Of a stretch of 64,000 nt of DNA, positions 38,366-46,334 are shown one piece after another (positions within the stretch are counted from its first letter, which is position 1; every line of letters starts with the position of its first letter). Under the pieces are notes generated by a model. The model worked only from the letters and a program-made list of their open reading frames with translations, searched no databases and was not told the origin of the DNA. The position numbers were made by a program, and so were the translations under genes. The stretch is from Thermoplasmata archaeon. Its GTDB lineage: Archaea; Thermoplasmatota; Thermoplasmata; Lutacidiplasmatales; UBA184. The stretch is taken from assembly GCA_022750055.1 (NCBI GenBank), contig JAKIWL010000002.1, forward strand, positions 21,042-85,041, read 5' to 3'.

Positions 38366-38460
38366 CTCGTCAGGAGCGAGGGTAAGCGGCCTTAAAATCA
38401 TGCCGGCGCGGGCGCGACGAGGCTCCTGGGTCCCGTAGACGATAAGAAGGGCGACCGGTT

Positions 38461-38567
38461 CCCGTGGGTGCTGGGGGAGCTATGGTTCGGCTGAGAGGAC
38501 GGGCGCGCTCGCTCGTCGACCCCATGAACCTGACCGGGATAATGCCCGCGCAGGGAACGCGATGGGC
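38461..38567 (+). ncRNA. TPP (THI-box) riboswitch aptamer
   Basis: GGGGG (38473), CTGAGA (38491), P3a hairpin GACGGGCG/CGCTCGTC, ACCCC, GAACCTGA (38526), P5 CGGG-ATAATG-CCCG, CGCAGGGAA. Directly upstream of a thiamine ABC transporter. Confidence 0.93.
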
Positions 38568-38575
38568 GTTCTGAG

Positions 38576-38600
38576 AGCTCCCCCCGGATTCCGGGGGAGG
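38576..38600 (+). promoter_or_regulatory. Riboswitch expression platform: hairpin sequestering the SD-like element of thiB
   Basis: CTCCCCCCGG-ATT-CCGGGGGAG stem covers GGGGGAGG just before ATG 38602. Confidence 0.7.
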
Positions 38601-38601
38601 C

Positions 38602-39789
38602 ATGGGGACTGACGCTCGGTCCACGGTAGGTCCGGTTCCCCTCCCCTCGCGCACTCACGCGAGGCCGGGTGTCACGGGCCGTCGGATCCTCGCCCTCGGA
38701 GTGGCCATCGGCGTGGTCCTCGCCGGACTGGGGGTCGGTTCCTACCTCGACTCTCACCACCTGTTTCCGTTCCAGAGCTCCCAACCCACCCTGACGATCT
38801 ACACGTACGAGAGCCTCTGGGGGGGATGCGGTTCGGCGAATCTGACCGCCCTGCTCCACGGGTTCGAGGTCGGGCATCACGCCCAGGTCAACCTCGAGTG
38901 CGTCTCGGGCACCCTTTCGAGCCGGCTCATCTCAGAGAAGAACGCCCCGGGCGCGGACCTCGTCATCGGACTCGACGAGGTGACGGCTCCCCAGGCGGAC
39001 GCGGCCGGGGTCTTGGTGCCGTACACGCCGCAGGAAGCCGCGAGCGAAGCGCCCTCGCTGCAGGCCGAGCTCGCCCCCGACCACTCGGTCACGCCGTACG
39101 AGTTCGGCTACCTGGGTATCGACTACTCTGGACCGTTCGCCCAGGCGACGCACGGTGGGGTCGCGAACTTCTCGCTCCCCGAGGTCGCGGCCAACTCGAC
39201 GTGGTCGAAGAGCCTGATGATCGAGGATCCGGCGAGCGACATCGTGGGCGAGGAGTTCCTGTTGTCGGAGATCGCGTTCTATCAGCAGGTGATGCATGCG
39301 AACTGGACGACCTTCTGGAAGCAGGTGGACCCGACGGTCCGAGTGAGCGACTCGTGGACGAACGCCTACACGGCGTTCACGACGCCCCCGGACAGCCCGC
39401 CGATGGTGGTCAGCTTCAGCACCGACCCCGCCGCCGCGTCCGGCGGAGGTACGCCGTCGTTCAACTCGACCCTGTATCACTGGAACGGCACGTCGTATGG
39501 GTGGCGGACGATCTACGGGATCGGGATCGTGAAGGGGACGGCTCACCTCGCGCTCGACCAGGCATTCGAGGGTTGGTTCCTTCAAGGGGCCGTGCAATCG
39601 GAGATCCCAACGAACGAATGGGTCTATCCGGCCAACGCGACCGCCCCCCTCCCGCCCAGCTTCGCTTGGGCCGCAGACCCGACCGGCGCGGTCGTGCTCA
39701 ATGGCGGACTCCCATCAAGCTCGATCCCCGGAAGCCTTCCCTATTGGCTGGACGAATGGCAGGCGATCGACAATCAGTACGGCGGGTAG
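38602..39789 (+). CDS. thiB: Thiamine ABC transporter substrate-binding protein
   Basis: LTIYTYESL, RLISEKNAPGADLVIGLD, PYEFGY, W.NAY.AF, PMVVSFSTDP, QSEIPTNEWVYPAN. TPP riboswitch upstream. Confidence 0.9.
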   Translation: MGTDARSTVGPVPLPSRTHARPGVTGRRILALGVAIGVVLAGLGVGSYLDSHHLFPFQSSQPTLTIYTYESLWGGCGSANLTALLHGFEVGHHAQVNLECVSGTLSSRLISEKNAPGADLVIGLDEVTAPQADAAGVLVPYTPQEAASEAPSLQAELAPDHSVTPYEFGYLGIDYSGPFAQATHGGVANFSLPEVAANSTWSKSLMIEDPASDIVGEEFLLSEIAFYQQVMHANWTTFWKQVDPTVRVSDSWTNAYTAFTTPPDSPPMVVSFSTDPAAASGGGTPSFNSTLYHWNGTSYGWRTIYGIGIVKGTAHLALDQAFEGWFLQGAVQSEIPTNEWVYPANATAPLPPSFAWAADPTGAVVLNGGLPSSSIPGSLPYWLDEWQAIDNQYGG

Positions 39790-41414
39790 GCCCCTTCGAT
39801 CGCGACCTTCTCGGGGTCCTTCCGGTCCTCGGGTTCGTCGCCGCCGTCACGCTCCTCCCGGTGGCCCTCCTGTTCGCGACCGGAACCCTGGACGTTGGCG
39901 GGATGGCGGGGGTCGGCCGCATCCTGGAGGATCCGGTCAACGTGCGGGCGATCGAAAACTCGCTGACCGAGGGAGGCGCGAGCGCCCTGGCGGCCGTGGC
40001 GGTCGGCTATCCGAGCGGGGTGTTCCTAGGAAGGACACGGGTGCCGGGCCGACCCCTGTTGCTGTCGACGCTCCTGGTCCCGTTCCTGCTCCCGACGGTG
40101 GCCGTCGCGTTCGGGGTGGTCGAGATCTTCGGTCCGGGCGGGTTCGTCTCGGCGGCCGTTCCGGCGCTCGGGGTCCTCGGCTCCGGGTTCGGCGGGATCG
40201 TGTTGGCGAACGTCGTGTTCAACGCCCCGGTCGTCGTCCTGCTCACCGTGGTCGGCGTGGAATCGGCCCCCACCGACCTCGAGGAGACCGTTCGGTCCCT
40301 TGGTGGAGGTCCGGTCGAGGCGTTCCGGACGGTCTGGGGCCGACCCTCCCTCCTCGGGGCGCTCGCCGGGGGCCTCATCACGTTCCTTTTCTCGGCCCTC
40401 GCTTTCGCGGGTCCGATCCTGATCGGCGGAGCCCCCTGGTACACACTCGAAGCCCGGGTCTACTTTCTCGCTCAGACGCTCGCGGAAGGGCCCCAGGCCG
40501 CCGTCCTCGCGATGCTGACCGTCGCACTGCTCGCCCCGGCCACGATCCTGTATGTCTGGGTCGCGAGCCGGCTCCGATCCGGTGCGTCCCTACCCCGAGC
40601 CGGACCGCCCCGATTCGACCGACGGTCCCCGGCGGCTTGGGTCCTGGGCAGTTGGACTGGGTTCAGCGTCGCCGCGGTCGGCGCCCTCCTCGCTCTCGTC
40701 GTATACCGGGGGCTGGCTCCCTCCCCGCAGGGAGGCTTCGCCCAGTCCTTCGCCGAGCTCTTCACCCAGAGGGTGAGCCTCCTCCTCGGACTCTCCACGA
40801 CGTCCGCGGTGGCGAACACGGTAGCGTTCGCAGCGCTCTCGAGCCTGTCCGCCCTGTTGCTCGCCCTCACGGCGGCCCACTACCTGTCTCGACGACCGCG
40901 AGCGCAACGGGCTGTCGCGGCGGTCGCCTTCGCCCCGCTACTGATCTCCCCGATCGTCCTCTCCTTCGCCCTCGCCGAATTCGTACGCCCCGCGCTCGGG
41001 GGGGAATCGGCCGCTCCGCTCCTGATCATCCTGAGCCAGGCGACCCTCGCCCTACCGTTCGCATTGCAGGCCATCGGGCTCACGCTGTCCCGGACGAGCC
41101 CAGCGCCTGGCGAGGCGGCCAGGGCCCTCGGCGCGAGTGCCTGGCAGGCGTACCTCGATGTGGAACTCCCGTCGATCCGATCCGGTCTCCGCGCAGCCGC
41201 CCTCTTTGCGTTCGCGCTCGGGCTCGGCGAGTTCACGTCGACGAACTTCCTCGCGAACGTTCCCTCGACCACCCTGTCGGTCGAGCTCTATCACCTTCAA
41301 TCGGTCCGGCTCGCCGGCCCGGCCGATGCGGTGGCGGCCCTCCTCGTCCTGGTTAGCCTCGCCGTGTTCGGGGCGGTCGCCCTGTGGGGGGAGGGAAGGA
41401 CCGATGTCCTCTGA
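39756..41414 (+). CDS. thiP: Thiamine ABC transporter permease (fused double permease)
   Basis: ~12 TM helices, PFLLP..AVAFG, LANVVFN.P, and two EAA loops (EETVRSLGG, EAARALGA). Confidence 0.88.
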   Translation: MAGDRQSVRRVGPFDRDLLGVLPVLGFVAAVTLLPVALLFATGTLDVGGMAGVGRILEDPVNVRAIENSLTEGGASALAAVAVGYPSGVFLGRTRVPGRPLLLSTLLVPFLLPTVAVAFGVVEIFGPGGFVSAAVPALGVLGSGFGGIVLANVVFNAPVVVLLTVVGVESAPTDLEETVRSLGGGPVEAFRTVWGRPSLLGALAGGLITFLFSALAFAGPILIGGAPWYTLEARVYFLAQTLAEGPQAAVLAMLTVALLAPATILYVWVASRLRSGASLPRAGPPRFDRRSPAAWVLGSWTGFSVAAVGALLALVVYRGLAPSPQGGFAQSFAELFTQRVSLLLGLSTTSAVANTVAFAALSSLSALLLALTAAHYLSRRPRAQRAVAAVAFAPLLISPIVLSFALAEFVRPALGGESAAPLLIILSQATLALPFALQAIGLTLSRTSPAPGEAARALGASAWQAYLDVELPSIRSGLRAAALFAFALGLGEFTSTNFLANVPSTTLSVELYHLQSVRLAGPADAVAALLVLVSLAVFGAVALWGEGRTDVL

Positions 41415-42384
41415 ACCTCGGCTCGAGGTCCGATCCCTATCGGCCGCCTGGGGGTCTAACGAGGTCCTGACGGACGTGAGTCTCTCGGTCCAGCCGGGGG
41501 AGTTCGTGGTCCTGATGGGGCCGAACGGGAGCGGGAAGACGACCCTCCTGCGTACCATCGCGGGGTTCGAGTGGCCCACGCGGGGGGCGGTCCGCCTGGA
41601 CGGTCGCGACGTCACGGCACTCCCGCCCCATCGCCGAGGCATCGGGATCCTGTTCCAGGAACCGGCCCTGTTCCCGGGGCGCTCGGTCTGGGAGAACATC
41701 GCCTACGGCCTCGAGCTCGCGCGCCGTCCGGACGCCGAGGTCCAACAGCAGGTGGCCGCGTTGAGCCAGCTGCTCGACCTCGACGGACTGCTCAAGCGAG
41801 CGCCCGAAGCGCTGTCCGGGGGCGAACGGCAGCGGGTTGCCCTCGCGAGAACGCTCGCGCCCGGGCCTTCGATCGTGCTCCTCGACGAGCCGTTCGCGTC
41901 GGTCGACCCCGAACGGCGCGCGGGGCTGCGGGCGGCGTTCCGAGCCGCGCTGCGACGCCTGGGCGTTGCCGCGATCCATGTTACGCACGACCGCGAGGAG
42001 GGGCTGTTCCTCGGGGACCGGGTGGTTCTGTTGCTCTCGGGGCGGGTCGTACAGAGTGGACCCCCGATGCAGGTCTACCGGAATCCCAGTTCCCCCGAGG
42101 CCGCCTCCTTCCTCGGTTACAACGTCCTCCAAGAAGGCGGCCGGCTGGTGGCGGTCGACCCGAGGGACATCGAACTTCGCCCGCCCGGGGAGGGGATCGC
42201 CGCCGAGGTCGAAGCGTCCGGTTCGACCGCGGAGGGTTCCTCCATCATGCTCCGACTCCTCACGGGGACGCGGCTCGAGGCGCGGGTTTCCGGCGAGCGC
42301 CCCCCCGTCGGGGCCGGTCAGACCGTGGCCGTTCGCTGGAGCCGGTCGGTCGCCCTCGATGGGGCCGGCCGTACCCGAGGGTAA
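41404..42384 (+). CDS. thiQ: Thiamine ABC transporter ATPase
   Basis: GPNGSGKT, LFQEPALFP, LSGGERQRVALAR, LLDEPF, HVTHD. Confidence 0.88.
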   Translation: MSSEPRLEVRSLSAAWGSNEVLTDVSLSVQPGEFVVLMGPNGSGKTTLLRTIAGFEWPTRGAVRLDGRDVTALPPHRRGIGILFQEPALFPGRSVWENIAYGLELARRPDAEVQQQVAALSQLLDLDGLLKRAPEALSGGERQRVALARTLAPGPSIVLLDEPFASVDPERRAGLRAAFRAALRRLGVAAIHVTHDREEGLFLGDRVVLLLSGRVVQSGPPMQVYRNPSSPEAASFLGYNVLQEGGRLVAVDPRDIELRPPGEGIAAEVEASGSTAEGSSIMLRLLTGTRLEARVSGERPPVGAGQTVAVRWSRSVALDGAGRTRG

Positions 42385-42401
42385 CCGACCCGGAGCGTGC
42401 C

Positions 42402-43127
42402 TCAGTCGTCCCGGCGGCGGCGACGCGGTCGCTCCTCGTCGTCGCCCCGGGGGCGCGAGTATCTTCGCCGGTTGTCCGAGGCGTACGGGGGAGCCCTCGG
42501 CCTTCCGCCCCAGCCGGGGCGGCGGTCGAACCCTCGGGTCGGTCGGTCCTCCCGCGGTCGCATGGTAAAGGTGTTCCCGCACGAGCGGCACGTCCCGGTG
42601 ACGGTCCCATCGTCGTTCTGGCCGAAGTCGAGCGGCCCACCGCATTGTCGACAGGGCCGTGCCGGCGGGCGGTCTCCCGCTCCCGCATCGCGCGACGGGC
42701 CTCGTGGGGCTCTCTCGAAACGCCCCTGGCCTCGGGGCGGGCCGCGGTCGCCGCCGAAGCTGCGGCCGGGTCGGGGCGGTCGGGACGCCTCTTCCTCGTC
42801 CTCTTCGGCGTCGTCGCCACCGTTGTCGCCATTCGGCCCGCCCGGCGCGGGGACGGATAGACGGGTGGTGGTCTCGCAGGAGGCACATACGGCATCGACA
42901 CTATGATCGGGTAGGACGCTGAAGCTCAGGGCGGCCCCGCACTCCCAGCACGGGGCAGAGGGGGAGGCCGAAGCGGCCGCGGCTCGATCGCCCTCCACCG
43001 GCGCCCCCGAGGAAGGGGCCACGACTACCATCGAGTGGCCGCAGTTAGAGCAGGTCCCCTCGAGCACCTCGAGAGACCGGGCTCGATACTCGACGTCGGC
43101 TCCGCAATCCGCGCAGGACTTCGCCAT
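42402..43127 (-). CDS. Triple Zn-ribbon protein with acidic and Arg/Gly-rich low-complexity segments
   Basis: CADC..CSNC, CWEC..CASC, CRQC..CRSC. DDAEEDEEE tract and RG/RGG-rich tails. ATG 43127. Confidence 0.75.
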   Translation of the reverse strand: MAKSCADCGADVEYRARSLEVLEGTCSNCGHSMVVVAPSSGAPVEGDRAAAASASPSAPCWECGAALSFSVLPDHSVDAVCASCETTTRLSVPAPGGPNGDNGGDDAEEDEEEASRPPRPGRSFGGDRGPPRGQGRFERAPRGPSRDAGAGDRPPARPCRQCGGPLDFGQNDDGTVTGTCRSCGNTFTMRPREDRPTRGFDRRPGWGGRPRAPPYASDNRRRYSRPRGDDEERPRRRRRDD

Positions 43128-43207
43128 AAGAACGAAACCGTGTACGCGTGCCCTCTTTAGGCCTCGGGGTCGGGATACGGGACGGCCCATGCTCGCGATG
43201 GGCGAAA

Positions 43208-43324
43208 AGCGGGGAGCCGGATTTGAACCGGCGAACGCCTACGCGACAGGATCTCATCGAGGGCCGGCGGCGACGCCGGTCCTCGTTTAAGTCCTGCGCC
43301 GTTTCCGGGCTTGGCTATCCCCGC
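43208..43324 (-). tRNA. tRNA-Leu(UAA) with a 33-nt intron at canonical position 37/38
   Basis: Minus strand reads GCGGGGATAGCCAAGCCCGGAAACGGCGCAGGACTTAAA-[intron 43285..43253]-ATCCTGTCGCGTAGGCGTTCGCCGGTTCAAATCCGGCTCCCCGC. Acceptor, D, anticodon and T arms all pair, and the long variable arm has the archaeal Leu TAG loop. CCA is not encoded. Confidence 0.9.
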
Positions 43325-43327
43325 ACG

Positions 43328-43624
43328 CTAGCGGGCGACGGCGGCGGCTTGCGCTTCCGGAGCGGCGGCCTTCGGGGTTCGCTTCATCGAGACCCGCTTC
43401 GGGAAGTACTTCAGCAGCACCACATCGTTGACCGCCGAGACCCATCGGTACGGAACGTTGATCGGTTTGGAATCCTCGACTAATAATGGGCTAGGCTCGT
43501 CCAGGTAGATCCCATCCACCTTGGACCCTTCCACATCGACCACAACGTTTCCGACTTCCCCCAGAAGGCGCCCTTCCGGGGTGAAGACCTGGCGACCCAG
43601 CAGTTCCGTCATCTCGACCAGCAT
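43328..43624 (-). CDS. PRC-barrel domain protein (possible CdpB-like cell-division protein)
   Basis: ELLGRQVFTPEGRLLGEVGNVVVD...INVPYRWVSAVNDVVLLK. Confidence 0.85.
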   Translation of the reverse strand: MLVEMTELLGRQVFTPEGRLLGEVGNVVVDVEGSKVDGIYLDEPSPLLVEDSKPINVPYRWVSAVNDVVLLKYFPKRVSMKRTPKAAAPEAQAAAVAR

Positions 43625-43656
43625 GCCGCGATACCCAGACCGCCGACGGCGGTTTC

Positions 43657-43671
43657 TCCTATAAGCCCTTT
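43657..43671 (-). promoter_or_regulatory. BRE/TATA promoter for the PRC-barrel/tRNA-Leu unit
   Basis: Minus strand TAAAGGGCTTATAG about 33-46 nt upstream of ATG 43624. Confidence 0.5.
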
Positions 43672-43792
43672 ACGCGGGAGTGGGCCCGGGCAAGGGCTCG
43701 CCGAGAACCGGAGCGATGCCGCTCGTCGGAAAACTCGATTCACAGTAGGCAGATCGTCGAGAGCCTACGAATGGATCGGACCGGCCCCCCCC

Positions 43793-45574
43793 TCACGCGG
43801 AGGGTTCCTCCGGCGAAGCCTGCTTGACCTGAGATTGGTAGAGTCGGACGAGCTCCTGGGCCGTCGTGGCGTCCGTGGGGCCTTTGTCATCGCGGAAGCG
43901 GCCAGTGAAGCGCGGGAATCGGAGGGCGAGCCCGAACCCGACGCGCAGCTTCCCCAGCGCCGCGGGATGGGTCGGGCTGAGGGTCAGCTCAGCCCCCCGG
44001 ATCTCGAGGACCAGGCCCGGGCGCATCCATCGGTCGGCGGTGAGGGACGTCCTGACCTTCGGGTCCTCCGAGTCGAGTTCGAAGGGCGTCAGCCGGGCGG
44101 GAAGCGCCTGAAGCGTGGCGTCATCGAATCCGCTTCCGACCTTGCAGAACGTCTCGAACTGATCCTGGTCCGGATCGTAGACAGCCATGAGCAGGGCGCC
44201 GTATCGGCCCGCCCTTCGGCCCTTGCCGTAGAACGCCCCGACCACAACCCCGTCGACGGAGTCGGCGAGGCCATGGGTGTACTCGCGCTTGTACTTGATC
44301 CACCAAAACCCCCGCGCCCCGGCCCGGTAGGCGCTTTCGGGAGCGAGGGACTTGGCCATCACACCCTCTCCTCCCGCCGCGATGCATCGGTCGAAGTAGG
44401 CCTGGGCCTCCTCGACGGAGTGGACGAGCTGTTGATCCGCGAGCCGGACGCGCTCCCCCGGGACGATGAGACGCTCGAGGGAGCGGCGCCGATCCGGGAA
44501 TGGCAGGGTGGCGGTCTCGGTCGTGCCGTCGAGGAGGACGTCGAACAGGAAGATCGAGACCGGGATCTCCGACTGCATCCGCTCTAGGTCGTACTTGCGG
44601 CCCCGCCGACGAGAGATCTCCTGGAAGGGTCGGATCTCGTCGGTGTCCGAATCGACGGCGACGCACTCCCCCTCGACGATGGCGGGTCGATGTTGGACTG
44701 CGGCGGCGAGAGCGGGGCGCAACTCCGGAAATTGGTCTCCGATCTCCTCGAGCCGGCGGGAGAAGAGACGGACCGACCCATCGGTCGCGATGTGGGCCTG
44801 GACCCGTAGCCCGTCGTACTTCATCTCGAGCGCCGCCGCCCCCTCCATCCGCTTGAGCACGTCGGCCAGGTCCGGGGACCGCTCGGCGAGCATCGGTCGG
44901 ATCGGACGCCCAACCTCGAGGTGGATCGAAGCGAGCGCATCGAGGCCGCCCTTCGAGATCGTCTGGGCGACGAGGCCGAGGTCGCTCGAGACGTTGAACG
45001 CGTCCTCGATCCGCCGACGCGACTCCTTCGTTCCGTCTCCGAACGCGACGGCGAGGGCGTCGAGGATCGTCATCTCCCGCACGCCGAGCCGAAGTTGACC
45101 CAACACGAACCGGACGAGGTACTTCGCTTCGACCGGTTCGCTGCGAGCGAGGAGCTCGACCAACGCCTGTACCTTGACCTCCTGGGACCCCGCCCCCCGA
45201 GCATCTGCGACCGCCCGAAGCTTCTCATACACCTCGGCTACCGAAAGCGCAGGGGTCGACGCGGACCGGGCGTTTCGGAGCTTCAGCTCCTCCACCGTAA
45301 GGCCTAGGTCGCCCGACCGCTGCTGCGCGACGAGGACCTCCGGCGCCTCGACCCCGGTCGCCTCGGCGACCGCCCGCCGGGCGAGCGAATCAGCGACGCC
45401 GAGCTCGACGCCCTCGTACTCCGGTCGGAGCTGCCCTTGAGAAAGGAAGAGGACCGCTGGAAGCTCCCCGATGGTCGAGCTCCGTACGAGCTCGGCGAGC
45501 ACATCTCGCAGTTCCGTTCGCTTGGTCGTCGCGTCGAGGCGTTCGTACGCGGCGACCAGGTCGGCGTACTTCAT
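43793..45574 (-). CDS. lig: ATP-dependent DNA ligase
   Basis: PIRPMLA, motif I EMKYDGLR, EGECV, FDVL, EGVMAK, WIKYK, KVGSGF, LRFPRF..RDDK. Confidence 0.97.
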   Translation of the reverse strand: MKYADLVAAYERLDATTKRTELRDVLAELVRSSTIGELPAVLFLSQGQLRPEYEGVELGVADSLARRAVAEATGVEAPEVLVAQQRSGDLGLTVEELKLRNARSASTPALSVAEVYEKLRAVADARGAGSQEVKVQALVELLARSEPVEAKYLVRFVLGQLRLGVREMTILDALAVAFGDGTKESRRRIEDAFNVSSDLGLVAQTISKGGLDALASIHLEVGRPIRPMLAERSPDLADVLKRMEGAAALEMKYDGLRVQAHIATDGSVRLFSRRLEEIGDQFPELRPALAAAVQHRPAIVEGECVAVDSDTDEIRPFQEISRRRGRKYDLERMQSEIPVSIFLFDVLLDGTTETATLPFPDRRRSLERLIVPGERVRLADQQLVHSVEEAQAYFDRCIAAGGEGVMAKSLAPESAYRAGARGFWWIKYKREYTHGLADSVDGVVVGAFYGKGRRAGRYGALLMAVYDPDQDQFETFCKVGSGFDDATLQALPARLTPFELDSEDPKVRTSLTADRWMRPGLVLEIRGAELTLSPTHPAALGKLRVGFGLALRFPRFTGRFRDDKGPTDATTAQELVRLYQSQVKQASPEEPSA

Positions 45575-46251
45575 CCGGTGGCCCCGGTGGCGACCGCCCG
45601 AAGTGCGTGGAGGTTGGCGTCGACCTCTCCGCCCGAGAACACGGAGTTGCCGCAGACGAAGAAGGTGGCGCCGGCCTCCGCGGCGGGTCGAGCCGTCTCG
45701 ACGGTGATCCCCCCATCGATCGAGATGTCCGCGTGCGGACGCATGTCACCTAGGTGACTGCGGGCCTCTCGGAGCTTCGGCAGAACTTCAGGCAGGAACC
45801 GTTGACCGGAGAAGCCGGGGTGGACGCTCATCACGAGGACCTGGTCGAGCCGCCCGAGGAACGGTTCGACCATTTCGAACGGCGTTCCGGGGCGGAGGGC
45901 GACGCCGACCCGAGTCTTCAGACGCTGGATCTCGGCGATCACGTCCTCGGGCCGATCGGCGGACTCGACATGGAAGACGAGCGTGTCGCCGCCCGCATCG
46001 ACGAAGGCGGGGGCGAATCGGAGCGGGTGCTCGATCATGAGATGCACGTCGAGGGGGAGCCGGGTTCGCCGGCGCACGGCCCGAACGAGCGCCGGTCCGA
46101 AGGAGATGTTCGGGACGAAGTGTCCGTCCATGACGTCGAGATGCAGGGCGTCGGCCCCTCCCGCCTCGGACTTTCGGATCGCGGAGGTCAGGTCGGAAAA
46201 ATCGGCCGAGAGCAGCGAGGGCGCGAGACGAATCCCTCGCTCCGCCACCAC
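45571..46251 (-). CDS. rpe: Ribulose-phosphate 3-epimerase
   Basis: APSLLSADF, HLDVMDGHFVPNISFG, DVHLM, VMSVHPGFSGQ.F, IDGG. GTG start. Confidence 0.96.
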   Translation of the reverse strand: MVAERGIRLAPSLLSADFSDLTSAIRKSEAGGADALHLDVMDGHFVPNISFGPALVRAVRRRTRLPLDVHLMIEHPLRFAPAFVDAGGDTLVFHVESADRPEDVIAEIQRLKTRVGVALRPGTPFEMVEPFLGRLDQVLVMSVHPGFSGQRFLPEVLPKLREARSHLGDMRPHADISIDGGITVETARPAAEAGATFFVCGNSVFSGGEVDANLHALRAVATGATG

Positions 46252-46271
46252 GTAAGCGAACTTCGAGTGAG

Positions 46272-46280
46272 TATATATAT
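46272..46280. promoter_or_regulatory. Likely bidirectional TATA box between rpe and the ABC substrate-binding gene
   Basis: TATATATAT in an 83-nt divergent intergenic region. Confidence 0.6.
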
Positions 46281-46334
46281 CGGCGACGGGGTGAAGCGGC
46301 CGGTTCCTCTCGTCGAGGAAACCGGAAAAAAACG

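Noticed and set aside
38826-39755. Apparent 862-aa thiP fusion
   Set aside because: The first 310 aa are an off-frame read of thiB. The hydrophobic permease starts near 39756.
43208-43324. tRNA as an integration site, or as tRNA-Ser(UGA) through alternative splicing
   Set aside because: I saw no duplicate of the tRNA 3' end and no integrase. The acceptor stem and variable arm are Leu-type, and the BHB geometry fits position 37/38.
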